Shown: one piece after another, positions 46,531-59,093 of the stretch
Layout of the letters: each line of letters begins with the position of its first letter
How positions within the stretch are numbered: position 1 is the first letter of the stretch
Made by a program: the position numbers and the translations under genes
The notes under the pieces: generated by a model
The model's input: only the letters and a program-made list of their open reading frames with translations
Told to the model about the DNA's origin: nothing
Databases searched by the model: none
Assembly (NCBI GenBank): GCA_010015805.1
Contig: ML978125.1
Coordinates: 434,001-498,000, forward strand
Direction: 5' to 3'
DNA from: Rhizodiscina lignyota
Taxonomy: Eukaryota
DNA length: 64,000 bases

Positions 46531-49500
46531 TTACTCGTCAGTGGCAGGCGTGTCTGCTACAGCGGACTCGGCGTCCTTCATCTCCGCATCGCCGCTCTTG
46601 TCCGCGTCCGGTGCGACCGCCTTGACGGCCCCACCGTCTTTGTCGTCCACAGGGCTGGCTTGTGTTTCATCAACTTTCATCTCCGTGCCCGCATTATCAT
46701 TCGCCTGTCTTCGGTGGACCTCGATCGTTCCTCCCGGGCTCTCATGGCCGTCATCAGAAGACGGAAAGCCATAGACCCTCTTACGGTGGTCATCCACACC
46801 GTGTGGGAACATTGACTTCATGACCAACTCATGTCTGCTCTGTTCGTCGTTCCTATCGCCTTGAATCTGCGCTTCGGCAGCATCCGGCGTTTCGGGGCTC
46901 TGGCTCTGGGTGTCTCGATCCCTGCTATCTTCCGCAGACACGCTGCGTGAGAGTGTGCTTGTTCCAAGACCACTGTGTTCTCCTATTCCGCCACTCTCCT
47001 TCATACGCTCCTCTTCCTTGCGAGCGTGTACCTTCCGGAGATTCGCCGCGCTGCTCTGCGAGCGCATGTCTGGTCTACCATCCTTTCTTATCAAAACACC
47101 GTCTGCGTTTCTGATAGGCTTCGTCCGACTCTTCTTTGTGTGCGCGTACGGATCGCCAGGTTGTATCATCATTGTCGTCCCTGGCCTTATGGCTGCTGGT
47201 GGAGGAGCCCCACCGGATCCTCGTCGCATTACGTTGCCTCGGCCGCCTCTTGTGCTTGGTGTGATGGGATGGTAGTATCCGTCAGGGCTGATCTGTGAGC
47301 CCGTCCATTCATTTCGCTCCCACTCTGGTGTGCCCATGTTAGCATCAAGCTCATGCTGCGCTGACTTTCGGGGACGCCCACGGCCACCACCTCGTCCTCC
47401 GCGCTTGGGGCTTGCGCTGGCCGATTGTGGGTGTCCGTGATGAGGACGCTGGGACTCGGGACGCCAGCTGTCATCAGGATTAGCATCGTTCGTAGCTTGA
47501 TATGAGCCGTAAGGGGGCTGCGACTGTGAAACAACGGATTCGGGATATGATTCTGTTGAATGAGGGCGGAGGTGAGGTGCTTCGAGCGGTTCTCGCTCGT
47601 GTTCGTACGAGCCTTGCGGTGTGGCATCATAAGTCTGTCGCGGCTCAAGCGGTGCAAGCTTCGGTCGCTTCGGGGATCCGAGTGGCGTTCCTGAAATGTC
47701 GACGCGACCTTCAACACCATTAGGAAGACCACGTTTAGCACTAGTATTTACAGTTGTCCATCCACCCGCACTCGGCTGGGAATCTGGTTCTACCGTACGG
47801 CTTGATGGATCCGATGGGTGAGGTGCTGGCGGGATGGGCACAGCCATAGGGCCATGAGGACCTGGGATCACACGATGTTCGACCATTTGGTGTGGTGATG
47901 GAAGTGATTGTCGCGGCAAGACTTGGACTGGCTGGCCGGGGTGTTGAGATGGGACAGCCGTTTGAGGAGGTGGATGGACAATGGGCTCGCGTGGAGGAAA
48001 TTGACCGTTTACGGTTGCGGGACTCGTTACCTGGCTGATTTCTTCGACACGCGATAATCGCCGTTTGATCAATTCCATCGACATCTTCAAGCTATCGACC
48101 TCGTTCGCTTTTGTTGCGACCTGAGTCAGATTTTGAGTCAACACTTCGAGTGTTCGATCGTCAATACCGACAGCGGGGGCCGCAGGAGGAGCAGGTGGAC
48201 GTGCTCCTAGTTCCCGTTTGACAGCCGCAAGTTCCTCGAAGACAAAGCGCATGCTGTTATCCAGGTGCTTAACCGCGTTTTCAAGATGTGAGATATCCCT
48301 CATTCGCTCATCCAGCACAACGAGAGCGTGGTTCACCTGGGCCTGCAACCGATCCATGGCGTCCATCTGGACTGGAGGATAACCTGGATGTTGGCTGCCA
48401 TTCATCGGCGGGTGGCCATTGATTGGACTTGCGATGGGAACGACATGCTCGCGTCTGTTCGGGGGATATTGCAAATTGTCTTTCATCTCGACTTGCGACT
48501 TTGGTAAAGGGTCGAGCTGCATCGGACGTGCAACCCCGCCATCGTGGGGTGTTTCCACGATAGGCGTATCCGCGGGCTGAAGCAGCTGCTTCGCTGGAGG
48601 AAGTTTCGGCAGCACTGCCGGCGTGATCGAGCGTCCTGCCTCAGTCTCTGTTTCCCGTGCAGACACCATGGCGGTGTCCTGCTGGCTCCCGCGTTCGCCC
48701 TCGAAAATGGGATCGACGACGTAGCCAGTGTTCTCAGAGATCAGCTCGATCTTTGGCAATTTAAACAATTCTCGATCCCTAGCGACGGGCGAATTAGCAT
48801 TACACAATTGGCGGAAGCATTCTCGTTTCTGCGCCTCGTTGCACAAGAAAACAACAGGCAGGCTGTGCGACTTTTGAAAGATGATTTAAGGCAGTCGCGG
48901 GCGGGCCATCCAATGGTCGCGTTATAACAGGCGCCGCATTAATGTGCGCATCATAAACGACTTATCAGGTGGCGAACAGCAAACACTCAATTAAATGTAA
49001 AATGCAGCCATTAAAATGGACAGGGGAGCACTTACGCGTAAGAAGCCTTGGTCTTTGGCGCGCGGACGCACAGTAGGCCCAGGGTCTCGCGGCATCTGCA
49101 GTCCAGAGGCGCGACTTCGCTGCAGCGTGATGGTGCTTAGCCCATGCAACTTCAAATATGCAAAAACCAGCAGAAGCGAAAACGAACAAATGCGGGCAGG
49201 GCGTGTAGGGGTAATAAGGGCAAAAGGAACAGAGTCAGGAGAGAGGAGATTTCGGAAAGAGCTGACGGAACGAACTAGCTGGTTCAGGCGAGCGCAGGCA
49301 GAGTGCAAATGCGACTATTAGATAACGAAATGGATAAGTAGGCAATCTCATTGGACGAGGATAAGGGGATTACGAAGGCAGCGGAGGCAGAATAGCTGGA
49401 CGGCATGCTTTGGAAGGCCTGTCTGGCGCCGACGCCGTCGTGCATCTTGCACCAAGATGACTCTGGCTTTCGGCTGGTGCTGCGTTGGGTGCTTCTGCGC

Positions 49501-50155
49501 ACCAGAAACAGACGAGAATTTGAAATTTGTGCTAGCGCGCCCAGTAGCAGCCCTAGCGCCGCTCAATTAAACTCGATTGCCGTTTGCGTGCGATGTACAG
49601 AGGCGTAGGGTTGGCGAGGATCCAGGGTGCAGCGTGCGAATGGGAGCGCCCATGAGAGGGGGAATTGGAGGAGGCGAGCGAATAGAGAGAGGCAGAAACG
49701 GACGGGGTCCACTCACCAGCCCGCCAGCTCGGAGCGTTCGCTTGCGGCCTTGATCTTTTCGGTTTTAGTGACGCCGTCGATCCGGTAGGATCCAGCCAGC
49801 GCCGGGAGTGCGTATCTGGAATTCGTCGGGTTAGAAGGCTCGTCTAACGCGTAAACGAAGCATGCTATATTATACAGTGCACTGCTGAGCTGAGGCGTGC
49901 GCGGAGTGGAGACGTACGAGTTTGTCACCTGGCAAGAGAATTGCATCAGCTCTGGCCAATGATGCCTGCGCCATTGTGTGGGCGTTGCATACTTACCTTT
50001 ACGAAGCTATTGTAGAACTCGCCCACGTCTCGCCCACACTTCCTGCAGCGCGCCGTGACTGCGCGAATGCTGGTGGCGTCGTCGTCTTCTTCTTCCGAAT
50101 CGCTCACTCTGGGCCGTTCGCGCTCGCGAGCATCGTCGGCAAGAGTGCTCGCCAT
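46531..50155 (-). CDS. Nuclear protein with N-terminal Cys-pair Zn-binding (Yippee/Mis18-like) domain, coiled coil and AT-hook (5 exons)
   Basis: Exons 50155-49997, 49928-49918, 49815-49717, 49119-49036 and 48778-46531 join in frame with canonical sites. The product contains RCRKC...LDCRC...LGLLC and RGRPRK. Confidence 0.75.
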
Positions 50156-51338
50156 GTGAATGGCGTGCGCGTCGCGTCGATGGTCTACGGGTCGCTTTGA
50201 GAGCTGAGCGATATCGAAGATCCGGGGTACGCTGGCCACTCGTATCTCTCCGTTGGGCACCCTGCGTTGGCGATTTGGATCGTGTTGGGCAATGCCAGAC
50301 GGAAGATAGGAGAGTGCACAAAGATGGAGATAGAAATTAGCAGTCACTTGACCGACTGAATTGAGGAATGGCGCTGGAATGGGCGAGCTCGCGAGTGGGG
50401 CGCGCCGCGTCTGGCAAAAGTCAACGACGGGTGGAGCTGGATGATAGGCGGAGGCGGGCTGGATTTCAATACGGCGGTGTACTCAGTAATCGCTCTACAG
50501 AAAGGCTCTTTAATAATAGCTGGGTGGCGCTGGCGAGATAGTATGCGGGAGGTGTTTCCAATTAGGCGTGCGGATGGTGCAGCCGGAGCGTCGATAGCAC
50601 CTGCCCTGGTCCCGTCCGACAAGCTCGTCTCACACCATAGCGAGAGCAGATTATAGTGCAACTATCGAGTTACGCAAATAGCCCCCTGCCGTCCATTGGG
50701 CGCATTAATTTGCTGGACGTCGTATTTTCTGCATCCGTCATCGTGCCACTCGCCGGTACATGCGCGCCTCGCATCTTATTCCCTCTGACTCTTAGCTGCG
50801 CGTCGTTTGCGACGCCTCTCCGAACACGCTGAAACATTTGTCTCGTTGCTGTATCCTCCTATTTGTCTCAGTCATGCGCTGCCCCAGGGATTCGCGCAGG
50901 AATAGATGGTCGTCTGACACTGACTCATGTCCTGAAAGCCTCCTAAACTCTCGCTGCCGTGCCAGCTAACTCGCTGAGGCCTAGGCCTCCTTATTCAATG
51001 CCATATCTTGGACGCTCTTAGCTTCTTGGGGCTTACCATTGCCCAAGAAAGGCTGCTTATGGCCACACGGCCGCGAAGATAACGGTCACGGAAGGGGTAC
51101 CCTTAAGAGGATCAATTGCCCACTCAAGAAAGTGTATTATGCTTTGCTTATCCATACTACTTCCTATAGCGATTATGGCATCGAACTGGCCTATAGGCTA
51201 GTGCGCAAGTCGACCGGGATCCGGCATGTCTCAAATTGCGACATTGATCTGGTCTAGCACTGCCTGCTACCATCATAATCAAATGTATGACGGCTCACTT
51301 TCGCACGTTCAGCAACACCTGCTTGCATCCGCGTGTCA

Positions 51339-53495
51339 TTATTTGACAACGACAAATCCTAATCCCGCCCGAGCCTCTCGGACGGCTCTGCGCAACTCCT
51401 GCTCCTCCACGTCGGTCCACTTCACGCTGAGTTCATCCCATTTTTTGATTTGATATTCCTTCCGAAATTGCTGCTGCAATGCCTGCAGCCGACTAGTTTC
51501 CCGAGGATCGCCTGTTCCGGTATATACCACAAAGGCTGTGCACTTAGGTAGGCCTGCGTAAATCGCCTTGATCCTATCAACCGTTCGCGCGACCGCGCTG
51601 GAGAGGTCAGATTTTGACACTTCCTTGGTCGTGTCAACATTCTCATCGTGCGAAGAATTTGCGATGGCATCAGAGCGAAGTTGATCAACGTCTGCGCTCT
51701 TGGAAGTGTTCCACCATCCCCGGATTGCTTCGAGCTCGCGCAATCGTGCCCACACAAAGTCAACTTCCGGGACGTATTTCGCAGGGTCGAAAGGAGCGGG
51801 AGCAGCACGAGCAGTGAAAATAGCTGACTTGACGCCTTCAACGACTTGATCGTCATTTTCGCATCCAATTGAGACCTCTGCAGTCGATCCATGCCCTCTC
51901 TTTGGATCTCCCCAATCAACTACTGCGCCGGTGCGGTATGCTTCAGAAGGGCCTGGTCTCCGCACGCGTCCCAACCTCTTGAATATTGGTTCTCCGCTGG
52001 CTTCACTTGTGCCCCATTTCGGTCCCTTCTCGCACTTTTGTTTGACCAAATCCAAAACAGCTCGAGCATCCTCGACACTGTCGTGGCCAGTAGTCCCATG
52101 GTGTTTCTGAATCCCGCGCGACAGGTATTTCTGGGCCAAGAACTTCAGGGATGACTTGAGCGGCGGGCCACGGGGATGAGGAAAGATGATGGATGTGTCG
52201 ACAATGAAAGGATGTGTCATCTTGAGCGCAGTGAGATCGGAGTTTAGAGAGTGGCCCACAAGAATGGTTCGCGGCGTGATGAGCTTCAAAAGTTGCTCTT
52301 GAATGTCGCGCAATGTTGTCGTGACAGGTTCGAGCATCTCCTTCGTAATGCCCGAATACTGCGTCAAATAGTCAACGATGGGTCTTTCTGGCTTCACAAG
52401 CTCATCCAGAATGACTGATCCGTCCCAGCCAAGAATACTGATTCGCGTGAGCTCCGCCGCTTCGGTATCAGTCTTGCACATCTCGCAGTCCATGGCCAAC
52501 ACCTCTCTACCACCTGTAATGCTTCCATCCTCCTGCTCCGAAAATGGCACCACGCCCTCCTCAAGCTCTTCGATTTTGGTGTCAACCCAGCCATCATCGG
52601 TCGATTGCTTGGCCTTTTGCCTCAGTTCCAATTCCTTGGCGCGTGCTGCGCCTGTTGGGAACAAAGCAGGATGTAACACGTATTCGTTCTCTCGTAGCTC
52701 ATCAGAATTTGCGATGAACTCGGTGATTGAAGTCCTTTGGTTTTGCCATGTTTTCGCTTCCCTCGGCGGTTGAGCACCTTTCATCTTCCTCTCCTCTTTA
52801 GACTTGGGCAAAGGCGCCGTCAGCATCGCCTGTAAAGGTGAAAACAGGCGGGAATACTTGTCATCTCCAGGTGCTTTGATGGGCCAGACATGGGAAAACA
52901 TGTCAGCAAGTGGCTTCAAAACTTCTGGGAGCTTGTCAGCGTCGAGCTTAGTTGGGTAGTAATCGTCCGGAGAAAGCGGAGCCTTCGAAGAGTCATTCTG
53001 CTCCCCGGCAGAGATGGTATTGGTTGCGCCATTGTCGAAAGATTGTTTAGGACTAAGATCGGATTCAAGTTCTGAAGATTTTTTGCCATGTGGCTCCTGA
53101 GAGTCCAAGGATAGCGTGCCATTGAACATTCCTAGTTCGAGTCCTGGTGCCATAAGCACCACGACCTTCTGGATCGCTGAAGCATGCCGCACAGCAACCC
53201 ACTGAGGAGACGGTCCTTGTGCGAAAACGTAAAGAACAAGTGCTTGCAGATCACTGATCTTGACATAACTCTGAAGTCGAGCGCTTGACGAATGGGAGAT
53301 CTCCGGATAGTTGTTATGTCCGTGATCCTTTTTCTTTCGCCTCTTTGTCGCTCTGCTCTCGACTGTTTCCCAGTCATAGTTTGATTCGGAGAAACGCTCG
53401 GGTTGCTGAAGACGCGCGAGGGTCTCACCTATACTGAAGTCTGTTCGAACGACAACCGATCCTTCGTCCTCAATATGTCGCTTCCGACGGCCCAT
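51339..53495 (-). CDS. RNH70: DEDDh RNA exonuclease, Rex1/Rnh70-like
   Basis: AMDCEMC, DYLTQYSGIT, LVGHSLNSDL, IVDTS and HDSVEDARA. Confidence 0.88.
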   Translation of the reverse strand: MGRRKRHIEDEGSVVVRTDFSIGETLARLQQPERFSESNYDWETVESRATKRRKKKDHGHNNYPEISHSSSARLQSYVKISDLQALVLYVFAQGPSPQWVAVRHASAIQKVVVLMAPGLELGMFNGTLSLDSQEPHGKKSSELESDLSPKQSFDNGATNTISAGEQNDSSKAPLSPDDYYPTKLDADKLPEVLKPLADMFSHVWPIKAPGDDKYSRLFSPLQAMLTAPLPKSKEERKMKGAQPPREAKTWQNQRTSITEFIANSDELRENEYVLHPALFPTGAARAKELELRQKAKQSTDDGWVDTKIEELEEGVVPFSEQEDGSITGGREVLAMDCEMCKTDTEAAELTRISILGWDGSVILDELVKPERPIVDYLTQYSGITKEMLEPVTTTLRDIQEQLLKLITPRTILVGHSLNSDLTALKMTHPFIVDTSIIFPHPRGPPLKSSLKFLAQKYLSRGIQKHHGTTGHDSVEDARAVLDLVKQKCEKGPKWGTSEASGEPIFKRLGRVRRPGPSEAYRTGAVVDWGDPKRGHGSTAEVSIGCENDDQVVEGVKSAIFTARAAPAPFDPAKYVPEVDFVWARLRELEAIRGWWNTSKSADVDQLRSDAIANSSHDENVDTTKEVSKSDLSSAVARTVDRIKAIYAGLPKCTAFVVYTGTGDPRETSRLQALQQQFRKEYQIKKWDELSVKWTDVEEQELRRAVREARAGLGFVVVK

Positions 53496-53747
53496 TTTGC
53501 TGCGCTTTCGAAGCAGGGATGTGTTTGTTGAGTTTTGTATTATTTAGGAATTTCGTGAGGCAGAGGTTTGCATTTGAAGTCGATGCCAAGCCAAAACAAG
53601 TTGCAGGGATTCTGGATCAAAGATTTTCCGCTCCGGCCCACAAGCTCGCTTGAACTTCTTTTCGATGTTCGCAACGTCGAGAGCAGACAACAACGCAGAT
53701 AACATCGAAGACTTGACCTTAAACATCCTATACTCTCATTCGAAGAT

Positions 53748-54769
53748 ATGGGGGGCAAGTCGAACACCAAGGCCGCTTACTTTGATAAGCTTAAGAACCT
53801 CCTCGAGGAGTACAAGTCGATTTTCATCGTCACCGTCGACAATGTCTCCTCGCAGCAGATGCACGAAATCCGCCAGGCCCTGCGCGGCGAGGGCGTTGTC
53901 CTGATGGGCAAGAACACTATGGTATGTGACTCTTAGCGTGCCATGTTTCCAAAATGGAATGGCCAGGGAGCTGATGCAGGCAATTGCAGGTCCGTCGCGC
54001 GATCAAGGGGTTCATGAATGAGAACCCCGAGTACGAGCGCCTCCTTCCGCACGTCAAGGGCAACGTCGGCTTCGTCTTCACCAATACCGACCTCAAGGAG
54101 ACTCGTGAGAAGATCCTCAGCAATCGTGTCGCTGCTCCTGCTCGTGCCGGTGCCGTTGCTCCTCTCGATGTCTTCATTCCCGCCGGAAACACCGGTATGG
54201 AACCTGGCAAGACCTCCTTCTTCCAAGCGCTCGGTGTGCCAACGAAGATTGCCCGTGGTACCATTGAAATCACAACGGAGTTGAAGCTCGTCGAGGCTGG
54301 CACCAAGGTCGGACCGTCCGAAGCGACGCTGCTGAACATGCTGAACATCTCTCCCTTCACGTACGGCATGGGTATCTCGCAGGTCTACGACCAGGGCCAG
54401 ACGTTTGCTTCAGAAGTCCTCGATATCGAGGAGTCTCAGCTTCTCAAGGCTTTCACCACCGCTATCAACACCATTGCCACCATCTCTCTCGCCGTCAGCT
54501 ACCCAACTCTGCCCTCCGTCATGCATTCCATCGTCAACACCTACAAGAAGGTGCTCGCGGTTGCCATCGAGACTGACTACTCCTGGGAGGCTATTGAGGA
54601 ACTCAAGGATCGCATTGCCAACCCCGACAAGTACGCCGGTTCCGCCCCGGCTGGTGGTGCTGGTGGTGCCGCTGCCGCCGATGAGGCTGCTCCAGCAGCT
54701 GAGGAGAAGAAGGAGGAAGAAGAAGAAGAGGCTTCGGACGAGGACATGGGCTTCGGTTTGTTCGACTAG
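53748..54769 (+). CDS. RPP0: 60S acidic ribosomal protein P0 (uL10)
   Basis: [37 protein letters not shown] and C-terminal [11 protein letters not shown]. One intron. Confidence 0.98.
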
Positions 54770-55169
54770 AGGATTGGCGTTTCTCTCATGATACGGACTT
54801 CTCTTATGATATCGGACTCGCATTGAATGATAAATTCAGGCCATGGCATTGCATCTAGCGTCACCTCTACTTCTATGTTCACCTTCAGTTGTGACGAAGT
54901 AACTTCGCTGCTGACGTTTTTGGTGAGTCAAATCTCTATGGAAAAGCCCATTCTTCAATGATTACACATTTTTAACCCTGAGTATCCAATGAAGATCTCA
55001 AACGCAACAACACTCTAATTTTTTAATGATCCCGCTCTATAAACTCGGCCTCATCTATAAATATGTGTGAAAGACATATCACTGACGAAGTCAAGCGCAG
55101 ATCCCCTCCCAATTAGCCTCTCCGTTCCCACATGCTTCAAATCGACAACGCCGGATATTCTCCTGAACT

Positions 55170-56270
55170 TCAAGGCAACGCCTTCGCCTTCTCTAAGTTG
55201 ACCCTCACCCAGTAAACTACCCAGCCCGGTCTCCCACCCAAACTCCTTGCCACGCCCGTACTCTCCAAATTATCTAGCGCAACGTCCGAATTGCAAATCC
55301 AGCCTTGTTCACTCTTCCCTTCCTCTTCGTCGAATACCTTCAACTGCTCATTGAGAATCTTGGTTGTGACTTTCTTCGCCAGCCCTCGCCCCCGGTAATT
55401 GGGCTCCACATGTAGACTCGCGAGGCTCCCGTCTGGTCCCAAGAAACCCCACGCTACGGGGCTATCACCGCCGGAATTCTCTTCTCGGAAAATTGCGACG
55501 CTTGGAAGTAAAGCCAGTGTCTTGTCCTTCCGCGGGATGGCCGTTCTGCTCCTGACGAGCTCGAAGTCCTGCGGTCGCACCTGGCCCCAGCGAAGACCGT
55601 CTGGCAATGTCGTATCCACATGTCGTAAGTCGCTAGTGCGGAAGATGAACTTCTGATACGGGATGTCCATGCCAGGTAAGTCTGTGCGGATGAGCCCTTG
55701 AGAGTTTAATATTTCTGCGGGAAACTGCGCTATGGTGCCGACGACCATGACATTCGGGTTCGTGATGTGTCGTGAGTAGTCCAGCGTCGAGACCTGCTTC
55801 GCTGAAGTTTGTCCTGGTGATGGCTGGTCGGAGCGCGATTGCGTAAGAAGCTTCGTGATGTTGTCTTCGCCGTGAACGGAATCGGGAAGTGGTAGGCTGG
55901 GGATGTGCTTGGCGAGTGACAGTATCGCCCTCGTGCAATCCGGACATTGCTGGGGCGTAGATCCTGATCCTGAACTGTTTTCGGTGTTATTTTTGAGCTC
56001 AGGACAGCGGCCTTCGATTTCGCCGCTTGAGAAGAGCCAGCCTTCTGTCTCAGGGCGGCGAGAGCGATCCAGGATGCAGACTGCGAAGCATTGGGGGAGA
56101 GATTCGACTGCCGTTCCTGGCGAAAAGGTTGCGGTGATGTAGAATGAAGGACTTCGGTGAGGAAATTGAGCTCTTCTGAGGAGTGGAAGTGTACGAGGAA
56201 GAAAAGCTTTCAGAACTGGAATGATGGTAAATCCATCGACTGGATGGTGTTGAACTTGAGATGTGCTCAT
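55170..56270 (-). CDS. GNAT acetyltransferase, FR47-like C-terminal domain
   Basis: AWGFLGPDGSLASLHVEPNYRGRGLAK (acetyl-CoA motif) and DVALDNLES. Confidence 0.85.
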   Translation of the reverse strand: MSTSQVQHHPVDGFTIIPVLKAFLPRTLPLLRRAQFPHRSPSFYITATFSPGTAVESLPQCFAVCILDRSRRPETEGWLFSSGEIEGRCPELKNNTENSSGSGSTPQQCPDCTRAILSLAKHIPSLPLPDSVHGEDNITKLLTQSRSDQPSPGQTSAKQVSTLDYSRHITNPNVMVVGTIAQFPAEILNSQGLIRTDLPGMDIPYQKFIFRTSDLRHVDTTLPDGLRWGQVRPQDFELVRSRTAIPRKDKTLALLPSVAIFREENSGGDSPVAWGFLGPDGSLASLHVEPNYRGRGLAKKVTTKILNEQLKVFDEEEGKSEQGWICNSDVALDNLESTGVARSLGGRPGWVVYWVRVNLEKAKALP

Positions 56271-56697
56271 GATTGCTTGAAAAGATCTTTCCGGACAGAC
56301 TGATGCAATTTTGAGCTGAAGAGTTCATGCAATTAGAATTGACGATGCGACATGGGATAGATATGACTCTTTAGGCTCGTTTGTACTACTCTGAACCTTG
56401 ACTCATGCAGGTCTACGCCCTATATCTATCGGCAGAGTGCGGCGCCCCGGCATTGGTTCGTTTACTCGCTACAGTTGTACAATGCCGGTTCAGGTGTCAT
56501 CGAGAAGCTCGAGGCCATGTCACATAGGATTACTAACCCGCGTAAAAACCGCTGTATGCAGCTTCAATTGCATGTAGAGTAAAGCCTTTCCGCACAAACC
56601 TTAGCAATTATGCAGGCCTTACGCGATTTAGCGCGATCATTCTGGTGTCTCGAGCAGACGCGATCAGCACGCTTCTTCGGTGTGATGATCAGTAATT

Positions 56698-57264
56698 CTA
56701 TGCCGGTTGGTATGTCAAAGCTATTTGATCGTACTCTGAAGCTCTATGCATCAAACACGAGATCCTCAAAACTTGGAAGTCATATATGAGTCTACAAAGA
56801 GCGTTCCTTCTCGCCTCGGCCATTGGCTTCCCACGGTGTCGGACGATGTCCCATTGACTCCATATGCTCCTCCGCATCTTTGCATACCGAGCCGTAGAAC
56901 AAATTAGGCACCTCCATTGATATGGTTCTTTTCCTTTGCCTTTGTACTTTGTCAGGGTGATCTGCTTGCTGCTCTCCCCCAATATGTTTCTCAAACTCTC
57001 CTCGTAGCCACAGCCCTTGGGACAGGATATCCCCGCTGGAGTATCTTTGGAGGAATCAGGTCGAGGAACCGCTGCCAGGAGGGCTTTGTAGTCCCGCTCC
57101 ACATCCATCAGGTCATAGCGCGGTTCCATCGCTCTCAGATGGGGAAACATTGTCCGGATGATAAGCCACATACCCATCTTCAAATCAGTCCATCGAACAT
57201 TAACCGGATGGTCTTTGTGAGAGGAGGTAGTGTGCCATGACGGTGATCTTGTTAAACTGCTCAC
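56698..57264 (-). CDS. Possible hypothetical protein with Cys pairs
   Basis: 188-codon ORF with CPKGC and CLIC pairs. Start and exon structure are uncertain. Confidence 0.3.
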   Translation of the reverse strand: MSSLTRSPSWHTTSSHKDHPVNVRWTDLKMGMWLIIRTMFPHLRAMEPRYDLMDVERDYKALLAAVPRPDSSKDTPAGISCPKGCGYEESLRNILGESSKQITLTKYKGKGKEPYQWRCLICSTARYAKMRRSIWSQWDIVRHRGKPMAEARRNALCRLIYDFQVLRISCLMHRASEYDQIALTYQPA

Positions 57265-57803
57265 ACGGATGTTGGATGACGACCAGTTGAGTACATATGC
57301 TCTTGCGTTCCTTCACGGATATACCAAGCAGAGGAAGCAACAAAACAGTAAAAGTCCTTGAGGTCGAACGCGTAGAGTAGAGAAGGGATGTGCTCTTCTC
57401 TGCTCACGAGAGCACTTCTGAAGGCTGGACTGTATATGTATTAGCCGATATTTATTGAAAGAAGATTGATTTGATAGACACAACCTGTCATTATCATAGT
57501 GCCTTTGCACTTCAATAAGTATCTGTAGCACGTGCATCCATAGTGAAGGAAGGAGAGTTTTGTCTGAATTGGCTCCACTGTGCTCTCAGAGAGCCTTCTT
57601 TAATATTTAGAAGCTGCTGATTTCCTGGTAGCTTTTAGTTGGATTCTCATTCACTTGCCATGTCATTGCCATGCATCACTTTCTTTCCTTCATTCATGTG
57701 TACATCTCATGCCATCGTATAGTTTTCATTTCTCATACTGCATTTGCTGTTGCAGTGAAGGGGTATCATGAACTATCGTGAAGAAGGGAAGTCGAATAGC
57801 CGT

Positions 57804-58384
57804 TCATCCTGCCTTCGCCTTTGCGCTCGCCTGCGCCGCCTCCCTCCTCGCCGCATCCTCCAACAGCGCTGTGTCCACCACCGAACCAGGCAGGTGCACG
57901 TAGCGCACTACGCTGCCTCTGATAAAAACGTTCTTGACCGAGCTCTGTTCGTCGACGACAGTTAGCCCCCACACTTCAAACAGTTCTCCCTCCAGTGTGT
58001 TCTCCAACGGAATGTTCGTCCACTGCTTCTTGCAGGTGCACGGCACCCGCAAATGGCACCTGTCACACTGCACACATATAACAACTCGTCCCTGGGGTAG
58101 GAATGGAAGGCAGGACATACGAGGTGCGGGTACTTCACTTCCTCCACCACCGAGATGTCGTCGAGCTTGATGTTCAGGAACTGGTCGACCGACTTGAGCG
58201 TGCCGCGGATGGAGATGTCATTCTTGAGTTCGACGGTGACTGGGTGGTCGACGAGCGTCTTGAAGAAACTGGATTCGTGGAGTCGAAGTTAGCATGTATT
58301 TTGACAAGCACCACACCTGCAATAACTGGTCTTCGAGGGAAACGGTGAATCTCTGGTGATGGTTTTTTACCTGAAGAATAGCAT
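57804..58384 (-). CDS. LSM2: U6 snRNA-associated Sm-like protein Lsm2
   Basis: MLFFS|FFKTLVDHPVTVELKNDISIRGTLKSVDQFLNIKLDDI...YPHL|SSVKNVFIRGSVVRYVHLP. Two introns. Confidence 0.96.
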
Positions 58385-59093
58385 TTCGTAAGAGGAGATT
58401 TGGCGCGCTGTGCGGTTGGGTGAAGACTTGAATTGTATTTGAGAGGACGAATTGAAGTTGCGCGGCGCAGAGAGCAGTGAAGCGTTCGCGCGTACTATTT
58501 ATCGTCGTGCGTCTAGCCTTAACCCCAATTTGGTTAGTCACTTTCCAGAGCGTCCGACGTTGACTTGAGGATAAGAAAACCAAAGTAAAAGCTTGAATCT
58601 TTTTGAATTTATATTCTTCGAATGCAGTCAATGGCTCGTATAATGTTGGCATTGTCTGTTCAGAAGGCTATTTGTGATTCTGTGTATGGGGATGAATTCA
58701 TTGGCCTGAGTTTAGCTAAATCTACAGGGAAGTCAGACTAACACACCCGGAGCAGACACGTCTTGTACACCACCATTCTTGATTTTTTGATATCTACACA
58801 ATGAAATTGTCTGGTTGTAAGGAAAGGTAACCCTGCTGTTCTCAGCTTATCGATATTGGAAGCTTTTGTTCCTTGCTCCAGCCCAGAATCCACGAAAACC
58901 TGTGAGATAGGAAATTGGTCTGCGACGTCCGCGAAGAATCCGCCCTCAAAGTAATTAAGAACCATAAGAGATGATGAACGATAGACGCGAAAGGTTGAAG
59001 AATCGCAAACAAAGAAATTCCTATTTCCTCTTCAAATCATCACTGCCGCCTTCCCTCCTTCTCTATTCGCACACTTAAGCCTCAATCATCAAT

